Source: a virus
Reading direction: 5' to 3' (one strand)
DNA: 64,000 bases
Virus record (IMG/VR): IMGVR_UViG_3300002026_000001
Location: 68,837 to 132,836 of that record
Part shown: positions 40,313 through 48,115 of the stretch, one piece after another
Numbering within the stretch: position 1 is the first letter of the stretch
Layout: the number at the start of each line of letters is the position of its first letter
The notes under the pieces: model-generated
Told to the model about the DNA's origin: nothing
What the model saw: only the letters and a program-made list of their open reading frames with translations
Database searches by the model: none
Translations under genes and position numbers: made by a program

Positions 40313-41572
40313 TTACGTGGAACTGTCGTTCCGTGGTTTTACTTTTTCATACCAGATGTTTGCAACAACATCACTGCCATCCACAAGGTTCATCGTCTTC
40401 ATCAAGGCACGAAGCTTGTTGACTTCAGGTGAATCAGTTGTCAGAACCGAGTCGACAACTCGAACCGCTTCATCGTACAAATAACTCCAGCGGTCCTTGA
40501 TTTCGAGAAACATCTTACGTGCAGAGTAGTAGACGTTGTCACCAGACTCTTGCCACTCGTCAATCGGAAGTGACAAAGCTTCAATGACGTGCGGTACGAT
40601 CTTGGCATTGCGTTCGTCAGTGTCTCTCTTCTGCTGTGCCTTGTAGTGCACGTTGGCCTTTTCAGCCAAGAACTTCCCGGCCTCTTCTTTCGTGTTGAAT
40701 CCACGACGCTTCAAGACACGTGCAATCTTCAATGCAAGTTGCCGCATCGTCGCATTTGCATCCGGCTTGCGGAAGTTTTCGTAGTCGTTGAACACGCTTG
40801 CAATATCATTTGGATACCGCGAGACCTGAGAACAAATGTCTTTGGCCTTCTTGCCCAACTGCTCATACGGAATGTCTGATAGTGCTTCGATCAAACTCTT
40901 CATCGCAACGTACGAACTCTTCATCGCGTAGCCGGAATTCAGTTCAGTGCGAACCCCAAGCTTGCCAGTGTAAGAAAACTCACCGCGCTTCTTCGCCCAA
41001 TCGTCCATGTTGTCATAGAACGAAAACGGAATTCCGTTTTTCTTCAGGCGAAGGATTATGCTCCCCAACGAACCTTCATGACGTTCGTTGAGGTTGACCT
41101 TGAACTTACCGCGATCCATACCGTAGGTTTCAATATCACCCAACACACCGCGTTGGATCAGGTCAACCTTCTTTATATACTTCAGAAAAGGAATCTCTTC
41201 GCGGTCTGAAACCAAACGTTCTTCGGCTTCCTTGTTGCGTTCAACGCCGGGTGTCAGGTCGCCGCGCTTCTCCCAATAATCACGAGGTACAAACTTCTCA
41301 CGTGCTGAAAGTGCATCACCGTCGATGGTGATCATAACCTTTGTGTCTTCGTAAACAGAAACACGGCCACCCTCATTGTAATGGTAGCCGCCGAAACGAG
41401 AACGAGTAAAGCTGGCAAAGAAATTCTTACCGGCCTGATGCTTGTGTTCAACTGACATGCCACGTCCAGTTGATAAGGCAAGCTTTCCACTTGTGAGTAT
41501 CTTGAGCAACGCTTGTTTTGTCGTGTAATGGTAAAGCTTGCCTAATTGTTTTGCGCTGATACTGATTTTCAT
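40313..41572 (-). CDS. Protein with a putative N-terminal ADP-ribosyltransferase-like domain
   Basis: LYHYT..ALLKILTSGKL, FASFTRS, EAEERL (H / SxT / ExE arrangement); start MKISISAK at 41572. Confidence 0.5.
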   Translation of the reverse strand: MKISISAKQLGKLYHYTTKQALLKILTSGKLALSTGRGMSVEHKHQAGKNFFASFTRSRFGGYHYNEGGRVSVYEDTKVMITIDGDALSAREKFVPRDYWEKRGDLTPGVERNKEAEERLVSDREEIPFLKYIKKVDLIQRGVLGDIETYGMDRGKFKVNLNERHEGSLGSIILRLKKNGIPFSFYDNMDDWAKKRGEFSYTGKLGVRTELNSGYAMKSSYVAMKSLIEALSDIPYEQLGKKAKDICSQVSRYPNDIASVFNDYENFRKPDANATMRQLALKIARVLKRRGFNTKEEAGKFLAEKANVHYKAQQKRDTDERNAKIVPHVIEALSLPIDEWQESGDNVYYSARKMFLEIKDRWSYLYDEAVRVVDSVLTTDSPEVNKLRALMKTMNLVDGSDVVANIWYEKVKPRNDSST

Positions 41573-41857
41573 AGCAGTGCCTTCAATTAGGTTTATGGGT
41601 GCAACCAAACGTTGGTGACTCTCGCATTGAGCAGGACGTCTGTGTGTCAAATGGCCGTTCACCACTCAGCCAACGCCGGTCTTACTCCGGCCTCACCTTT
41701 TCCTGAGTCACAGGAAAGAACGTTGCTGAACCGGCGAAACTTGTCGCCTACTGGAGCAACGTGCTTATGGTCGCGCAGAACGTCAAGTGCCTGAAATCAC
41801 TCGGCGGTGGTACCGCGACTTGATTGTGTAACCTACTTCAACGTTTGGTTGCTTAAA

Positions 41858-42149
41858 ATTTATTAGTTCGGCGTACTGGGCTTGATTCCAGTTCAGCAAC
41901 ACACTGGCAGTTGCCTCCGGCAGGTTGCGCGTCCGCAGAGCCTACTCCATTTTCCTATCAGCACCTTCGCAGTTCAGGCTAGATAATTCCCGCGTGCGGT
42001 CCAGACCTGTATCGGCGCAAGCCAATCTTGTTCTGAAGCAGCACTACCCTATAGACCTGTGAAAGCGTGAACGGGACTAACGGACCTGAATTTCATTTTT
42101 CTGCACCGTGCCTAGCGTGTCCATCCACGCCGACGCCGAACTAATAAAT
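41858..42149 (-). ncRNA. 292-nt structured RNA with a tRNA-like outer scaffold
   Basis: Perfect 17-bp terminal inverted repeat (41858-41874 / 42133-42149); D-arm-like GCGT-GGATGGAC-ACGC; T-arm-like ACTGG-AATCAAGC-CCAGT; ~200 nt in place of the anticodon loop; no long ORF. Confidence 0.65.
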
Positions 42150-42707
42150 CTAAAACTACACCGTCCACGCCGTTGATGCGACACAGTGCGCTAGGACGTG
42201 GACGGTTACTACGCGGTTAACTTCGGCTTTGCCCTCGTCCTTCGCACACGTTCAAACTTCACACGGCCTAGAACCGGGACAGTCAACATACATGCTTCAC
42301 GACAACGTTGGCTAGAATATAAACCAGACCACCACTAGATGACCTTCGGATCAGATTGGTTGGGATCGTTTACAGCGTCATGTAGAACTAGTTCTCGACA
42401 GGTTTTTCAAGACACGACGCCGGTCGCCATACACGGTCCATGTCCGTGCGGTTTGCGGCGCGGCGCGTCAAGTGGCCGGTTTGAGTTAGCAGCAGAAAGT
42501 GGGAACGGCCAACCACCCTGCACTGTCGAGAAGTCGAAATACGACGCGAGTATCAAATCCCACGGTGGCCAAACAAACCACAGCAGGTAATTCATCGCGC
42601 GCCCAAACTATTTAGCTGGAACCTTTTCCTTCTTCGGCTTCTTCTGTTCTTTCTTCGGCTTGTCACGGTTGCCCATAAAGCGTTCTCCTAAGAAGTACTA
42701 CGTTGTG

Positions 42708-43145
42708 TTACTCTTCAAACAGCGGGTAAGTTTCGGCGGTGAATTCACTACCGAGAGGGCCATAAATCCAAGTCTCTTCAGCATCAGTCAGGTAAAGACC
42801 TTCTTCCCTGATGGTGACTGTCATGACAATGTAGCCACCATCTTCGTCATCACCGTCGTCATCTTCATCATCGCCGTCCTCGTCGTAATCTTCGTTCATA
42901 CCGTCGTCGACGCCGTCCAACCTGTCAGTGTCTACAAGTATAGAGTCACCGATGGAAAGCGTTCTGAGGAGGTAGTTGTCCAAGCAGACGCCTTCACTAA
43001 TAATGCTTTTCATATCAACGTCGTCATCAAGGTCAGCGCCAAGGTTGTCAGCAGCTTGCTCAAACAGGAAAGCCGTAATATCAAGGCTTTGCTTAAACGT
43101 CAGCGAGGCTTCTTCTATGGGGGTTGCCACGGTTTGTTGTGTCAT
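42708..43145 (-). CDS. Acidic hypothetical protein
   Basis: 145 aa with a D/E tract. Confidence 0.55.
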   Translation of the reverse strand: MTQQTVATPIEEASLTFKQSLDITAFLFEQAADNLGADLDDDVDMKSIISEGVCLDNYLLRTLSIGDSILVDTDRLDGVDDGMNEDYDEDGDDEDDDGDDEDGGYIVMTVTIREEGLYLTDAEETWIYGPLGSEFTAETYPLFEE

Positions 43146-43392
43146 GTCATGGTTTCCTAAGAAGTACTACGTTCAACTACGAATCTTATTGAGGCTTCCC
43201 AATCTCGTACGGAATGTCTGAGGGAAACCACTTGATGTTTTCTAGGATCGCCTCAAGGTGAATGTCACTCTTGAAGACGGTCCAAATGAAAAGAAGGTAC
43301 GTTGCGTACTCAACACTGTACGATGCAACGTGCGGGTTTGCAAAACCATGTACGAGAATTCGCATAATCAAGTCCATATTGTGTTCAACCAG

Positions 43393-43511
43393 CGACGGGT
43401 GCAGGATACGAACCTGCGGTCGGCGTAGTGTTGTCTTCACGACAACCGGGCTTGCAGCGCCCCCTACTCCGATCTAGCTGCGTCAACGATAAGCCACTCT
43501 GTCAACCCATC
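43393..43511 (-). ncRNA. 119-nt tRNA-Ser-like RNA with an expanded branched central arm
   Basis: Acceptor GATGGGT/ACCCGTC plus G73, Ser-like D loop ACAGAGTGGCTTAT, T-arm GCAGG-TTCGTAT-CCTGC; centre is a branched hairpin without a canonical anticodon stem. Confidence 0.65.
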
Positions 43512-43644
43512 ACCTTAAACCGACGTTTCACAACGTCTTGTGTCAGGCTTCAACCCTACTTCAACCGAATTTCGCAGGACAAAGTCCTGTTGCACGGTCC
43601 GATGTGGCACTTGCGCAAAGAGGGACACACGGCTTCAGCATGCT

Positions 43645-44421
43645 TTAGGCAGCTTTGGCGTAAACAGAGTCTGGATAAATCCAAAACCAACTTCCATCTT
43701 TACGGTATTTTCGTTTTCTACCTGTGACGGTCTGAGACTGCTTCTTTGCGCCATTGCATCCATTGTTAGCGCCGTTTGGATCGTGTAAGCCACGATTCCA
43801 CGCAGGTCCGTAAAGCCTGTTCGACGGTTTATACGCATAACGACGACCTTTCGATGATGCGCCTTTGCATTGGTTGCTGCACAACTTTCTAGGCCGTGTT
43901 TCGTGTTGATGCTCAGACACAAGAACACTGAACTTCTTTTTACAGTGTTCACACCTGTATGTTTTATACTTCTTCGGAACTGTTTTCAACTCAGCATTGA
44001 GCAATGCTAGGTCTGGGCGTTTCCTTCCAAGCATCGTATATTCACGAGTCGTTTGGCAGTGAACATTAAGGCACTTTGGGTTCTGAAGATGCGCCTTTAT
44101 TGCACGTTGCTCAAACCTGTAGGCGGCATCTTTAGATCGAAAGACTTTCAACACCGCTGCTTAGAAGGAAGAAGGGTTGTCTCGAACCGCAGAGGACGAG
44201 GAGAAATAGACATTCCACAAATCATCTACAGGACTTTTACTGTTTGCGCAGCGAAACCCTATGTAAAAATCCATCTTGCGTTTATGCACCACAAGATAAA
44301 CATACGGACTGCCGTCGGCACATTTGGAAAAGTCTTCAACACAACAGGTACGGTAAAACTCACGTACCTTTGTCGCTGTAGATAAATCAGCGGTCTCAAG
44401 CGTTTGAATATCCATAAACAC
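43645..44421 (-). pseudogene. GIY-YIG (Seg-like) homing endonuclease interrupted by an in-frame TAA
   Basis: PYVYLV...FYIGFR...YFSSS in ORF 44161..44421 continues in the same frame (SSF*AAVLKVF..AYRFEQ..CLN) into ORF 43645..44154. Confidence 0.75.
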
Positions 44422-44429
44422 TTTCTTGA

Positions 44430-44835
44430 AATTTGGTGTGTCCGTCGATTCTTTGTAACAAGGTCATCTTCATTATCAGATGCACGGACACTACAGGAGT
44501 TTTATGTCCTGTCGACCTCGCCGAACATTAGGCTGTTAAGCCGCTGCGCGGAATTGCGAGTCGTTTGCATTTACAGAGTAGGCCCATATTAACGTGCGCG
44601 CCCATGCACGAGTTGTCAGTCGCCGCTTCATCACCCTGTCGAAACCATGACTACCCCATCAGAAACACACTCGATCCCAAGCTCATTCGAGTCGGTACCA
44701 AACTCAACGTGTAGTCTGCGGGACTTGAGCAGCAGACTTTCAATGAGTGTGTTTCTGGTGGAGTAGGCGGGAGTCGAACCCGCGTCCAGAATGCCTCTAC
44801 TTAAACGTCTGTTTGGTTTCCCAAACCACAACTAT
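44430..44835 (-). ncRNA. ssrA: Circularly permuted (two-piece) tmRNA; tag (A)ANDSQFRAAA
   Basis: 3' tRNA-like end GGACGCGGGTTCGACTCCCGCCTACTCCACCA (ends 44756) lies upstream of the 5' end GGGGTAGTCATGGTTTCGACAGGG (starts 44657). Acceptor GGGGTAG/CTACTCC has G3-U70; P2 is CAGGGTG/CATTCTG; tag ORF 44568-44536. Outer boundaries approximate. Confidence 0.92.
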
Positions 44836-44858
44836 TTTCTTCGATGCAACGAAGACTT

Positions 44859-45290
44859 TTACTGCACGGTGTGTCCACCGGAACCACCGTCCTTCAGCAG
44901 AGGCGTCGCGTCACCTTTGAGAGGTTGGGCCAGCTTACGCATTGAAGAAACCAACACGTCAACTTCAGCGTCTGACTCAACGTCCATGAGAAACACTTCC
45001 TTTGAACGCGAGAGCCTCAAAGACAACCTGATACCGCGATACGCCAAGTCGCGAGTGTAACCGCGAAGTGTGAAGCGGCGTCCGTCGACCGTACGAAATT
45101 CGTGAACGTTGTGTCCAGTAATCCACTCGGCAAATCCGAGTGTTGATGCAATTGGTGCGATCATGTCGACAAAACGTTTCAGAACTTTTGCATGGTGGTC
45201 CATGTTTGCGTACGTCCCTTTCAAACCGGAACTGTCAGAACGCAGCAGACGGGTCGGAGTGATTGACGGGGTTTCGAGCATTTTAAACAT
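44859..45290 (-). CDS. Hypothetical protein
   Basis: 143 aa with an SD. Confidence 0.55.
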   Translation of the reverse strand: MFKMLETPSITPTRLLRSDSSGLKGTYANMDHHAKVLKRFVDMIAPIASTLGFAEWITGHNVHEFRTVDGRRFTLRGYTRDLAYRGIRLSLRLSRSKEVFLMDVESDAEVDVLVSSMRKLAQPLKGDATPLLKDGGSGGHTVQ

Positions 45291-45671
45291 TTTGCTTCTC
45301 TTGTATCAGAGTCCATCAGACTCTACGATTTCCCAGTTGAGAAATTCAACTGGGTTACCCTGACTCAAGTCATGGGCAATCTCTAGCAACGCTAAAAGAA
45401 TAGGGGGCCGGATGCGCTGACAAAGTGAATTGACCGCATCCGGCTGATCGTTGTGCCGCAAGCGCCTTTATGTGCGTGGGGCGGTGCGTTAAGTATATTG
45501 GCAGTGCACAACTACGTTCTGCCTTTGATAAGGACTCCGTTCAGCTACCAGTCGTAGCGGCCAAACGGAAACTACAGTGCTGATTACCCGGTAGATATAC
45601 TGGCGTTCCGAGGTTAAAGTAGTACTTTGTGACGCAAGTCACACGCGATGAATAAACTCCCGACTGAAAAC

Positions 45672-45745
45672 TGGTGCCCCGTGGCGGAATCGAACCACCA
45701 CCTGAGGATTACAAATCATCTGCACGACCTTCATGCTAACAGGGC
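45672..45745 (-). tRNA. tRNA-Thr(UGU)
   Basis: GCCCTGT/ACGGGGC acceptor, anticodon loop TT-TGT-AA, T-arm GGTGG-TTCGATT-CCGCC, encoded CCA; one mismatch in the anticodon stem. Confidence 0.85.
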
Positions 45746-45811
45746 TTGGTGTTATGAGGTACTTGATTTCAACGACTTGCTGTAGCTGCTAAGTGCGTTT
45801 AGCACGTCGTG

Positions 45812-46063
45812 CTAAACACTTGAGCCACCTGAACATGCAAGGCCAACGACGACCGGCATGACAATAGGACTCAGCTTCAAAAATGAAACCGTCGGTGGGC
45901 TGAAGTATGCAACGCCAGCAGCAAACACACCGGAAACAAGTTGGTAGACAGCACCATTGACTTCGCGCTTCGCAAGCAAAGTTCTTTTGACGATGTCTGT
46001 GAGACGTTCCGCAGCAATGGACGTCACGGCCAAGTATGAAACGAATTGGATAATGTCTTCCAT
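45812..46063 (-). CDS. Small membrane protein (holin-like topology)
   Basis: 83 aa with 2-3 hydrophobic segments. Confidence 0.45.
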   Translation of the reverse strand: MEDIIQFVSYLAVTSIAAERLTDIVKRTLLAKREVNGAVYQLVSGVFAAGVAYFSPPTVSFLKLSPIVMPVVVGLACSGGSSV

Positions 46064-46080
46064 GAAACTCTTTCAATGTG

Positions 46081-46132
46081 TGGCGGAGGCGGTGAGAGTC
46101 GAACTCACGGTCGGTTTCCCGACGCCGGTTCA
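46081..46132 (-). pseudogene. 3' half of a type II (Ser-like) tRNA
   Basis: Variable arm GTCGG-GAAA-CCGAC, T-arm GTGAG-TTCGACT-CTCAC, CGCCTCC G CCA; no 5' half between it and the upstream tRNA-Ser. Confidence 0.7.
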
Positions 46133-46141
46133 ACATGAGAG

Positions 46142-46231
46142 TGGCGGAGAGTGAGAGGGTCGAACTCTCAAGGGTATCTCTACCTCGACGGTTTTCAAGA
46201 CCGCTGCCATCACCAATTGGCTTGACTCTCC
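46142..46231 (-). tRNA. tRNA-Ser(UGA)
   Basis: GGAGAGT/ACTCTCC acceptor, GCGGT-CTTGAAA-ACCGT anticodon arm, long variable arm, G73 and CCA. Confidence 0.93.
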
Positions 46232-46232
46232 G

Positions 46233-46937
46233 TTATTCATACAAGCGTATGAAATCTTTCCCGTAAGCTTTTATAACTTGTGGCAAAATCTGCTTTGAGA
46301 TAACGCGCTTTCCTATGAACAGAAGCTCGTGTGGAAAAGCGGCCTTCTTCGCTTTCCACTGTTCGCTTTTAAATCCTTTTACTTCAAGATATTTCCAAGT
46401 ACCTGACGAGCCTTTGTATCGAAAATCTGGAAGATACAGGTGTTCCTTTCCCTCAAACACGTACTTGAACCGCTTTCGTGCACGTTTTACTTCGCGTCCA
46501 TGAAGTTCACAAAACAGAACAAAGGCAAGTTCCCAACTTGAATCGCACCAGATACCGTTGTATCTACCTTTGCGCCCACGTCCAGAACCTTCCCGGTACC
46601 CACCTGCACCGACTTCTTTCATGCGTTTGCTGATTCGACGTTTGGCCTCTTCAGTGTGCTTATGTCCGGCGCGACCAGTCAAGGTTTTAGAGGTTGCCTT
46701 TGCTATGTCTTTAACACGCTTGTCGGTCTTTTTTGTAAGTCCAGCGTTCCACGAAGGAACGCCTGTTCTACAGCGGTGATGTTCACGACCAGCCCAAGGA
46801 TTCACGCCAACCTTGCCTAGTGCGTTTTTCGCTTTTTGGGCAGAACACGAAGACGTTGATTTAGAGCAGCACCACTTACCGGACGAAGCGAATTGCACAA
46901 TAGCTGTTTTTCCACAGCCAAACGAACACTTGGGCAT
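46233..46937 (-). CDS. Putative homing endonuclease (NUMOD3-like region plus PD-(D/E)XK)
   Basis: Start MPKCSFGCG (ATG 46937, SD GAGGAG); PSWNAGLTK/HTEEAKRRIS DNA-binding repeats; DSSWE...YLPDF...LEVKG; ends 2 nt before tRNA-Ser. Confidence 0.75.
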   Translation of the reverse strand: MPKCSFGCGKTAIVQFASSGKWCCSKSTSSCSAQKAKNALGKVGVNPWAGREHHRCRTGVPSWNAGLTKKTDKRVKDIAKATSKTLTGRAGHKHTEEAKRRISKRMKEVGAGGYREGSGRGRKGRYNGIWCDSSWELAFVLFCELHGREVKRARKRFKYVFEGKEHLYLPDFRYKGSSGTWKYLEVKGFKSEQWKAKKAAFPHELLFIGKRVISKQILPQVIKAYGKDFIRLYE

Positions 46938-47013
46938 GACCACACTCCTCAGAGATTGAAATCTCAAATTAGTATAATCAAGACCGGTGCAATAGACCAC
47001 TCTGCCACGCCTC

Positions 47014-47406
47014 CTAGTTCCGCTTCTCCCAACACGTCTTGACAACGTCAAGCAACTCTATCGGGCTATACGGTTTCTTTACGATACCGCAAGCGCCAGC
47101 GTCGATAATCTCAGCGTCGATACACGTTGTTGACGTAATCATCACGACAATGATTTCTGGATTCGTTTGCTTGAGCCGTCTCAAAGCCTGAATGCCGCTC
47201 ATTTCAGGCATCAGTACGTCCATCAAAACAATGTCGGGCTTGAGTTGGTGGACACGATCCAAAGCCTCAAGCCCTGTGTACGCGTCTCCAACAATTTCGT
47301 ACTCTTGAGCACGAAGAACGATGCGAAGAAGAGTTCTGGAAAACTTGTCGTCATCAACTATCAAGACCTTCGGATAGTGTGGACTCTCTTTCTCAATAAA
47401 CTTCAT
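47014..47406 (-). CDS. Single-domain response regulator (CheY-like receiver)
   Basis: VLIVDD, DIVLMDVLMP.MSG (phosphoacceptor Asp), VMITS, GA.G.VKKP. Confidence 0.92.
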   Translation of the reverse strand: MKFIEKESPHYPKVLIVDDDKFSRTLLRIVLRAQEYEIVGDAYTGLEALDRVHQLKPDIVLMDVLMPEMSGIQALRRLKQTNPEIIVVMITSTTCIDAEIIDAGACGIVKKPYSPIELLDVVKTCWEKRN

Positions 47407-47439
47407 CGCAGTCTCCGAACAATTTAAGGAAATGTACCA

Positions 47440-47880
47440 CTACGTCTTTCGACGCCACTCGCTTACGTTATAACTACGACCAGAGTCGTCTAGGTCTCGC
47501 GTGTGTTTGTGGTCTGGACCATGTCTTCACCATACTTAGATAGTGGGTTTAATTAAGCCACCGACGTCTGCATCGCGGTACAACCTACCGTGTTAATTGG
47601 TCGACCGTATTCTATTTTAGGTGCTTCCCGTTTGGTCTCTACACCTTACAAAGCGTGGCGGGAATCGAACCCGCAAGATTGCCCTGACCGTCGCGTGTTT
47701 TCACACGCCCGTGGAGTTGAACCACGAACACGATTTGTCTTGGCTCGGCGTTGGCGTACTGGAACACATGAGTAGGGATTTCACCTATTCGTCCAACGTA
47801 GCGTTCGCCGACTTTGAGAAGATTCATCGCAACTGCATTCCTACAGTTCGGTGCATAATACAAGCCACCTACATGCGCAA
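47440..47880 (-). ncRNA. Group I intron/ribozyme core (IC3-like); host gene not identified
   Basis: P3 CTTCTC (47821-16)/GGGAAG (47629-24); P4 TCGGCG/CGCCGA within AAAGTCGGCGAA and CGCCGAGCCAAG; R AAGGTGTAGAGACCA (47647-33); S GAAGACATGGTCC (47528-16), with P7 GACCA/TGGTC covarying from the usual GACUA/UAGUC. Boundaries approximate. Confidence 0.85.
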
Positions 47881-48056
47881 GTTGTTTTACCGTCTTTCGA
47901 TTGCAAGCTTCATCGTACAGGTGGTCCGCTTTTCACGTACTCTTAAGGCCGTGGGCCACGAAGCGCGTTTCTCATTACGCCAACCTATCCAACTACACCG
48001 CTTGCATTTTTCGGTGATGCCCCAATCAAGCGTTTAAATTACTATCTTTGCAAACC

Positions 48057-48094
48057 AAAGCGGCGAGTCGCGTTTATGCAAACTCGCCGCTTTT
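48057..48094 (-). terminator. Intrinsic terminator hairpin
   Basis: AAAGCGGCGAGT...ACTCGCCGCTTT inverted repeat downstream of ORF 48116. Confidence 0.7.
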
Positions 48095-48115
48095 CGTTAC
48101 AACCAGACCGGAAGA

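Noticed and set aside
41858-42149. tRNA containing a group I intron
   Set aside because: The interior lacks recognisable P4 and P7 (GAC(U/C)A / U(A/G)GUC) elements, unlike the true core at 47440-47880; it is kept as a tRNA-like ncRNA instead.
44161-44163. Stop-codon recoding (alternative genetic code) suggested by an in-frame TAA in the GIY-YIG gene
   Set aside because: All core genes are full-length under the standard code and many end normally at TAA; no suppressor tRNA was seen.
43520-45660. Small self-cleaving ribozymes (hammerhead-like CTGA...GAAA fragments near 43600 and 45540)
   Set aside because: The complete CUGANGA/GAAA core with three stems could not be assembled by eye.
46938-47051. 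5' extension of the endonuclease ORF as called by the ORF track
   Set aside because: It overlaps the receiver gene; ATG 46937 has a strong SD and the CTAATTT motif, so the extension is unlikely.
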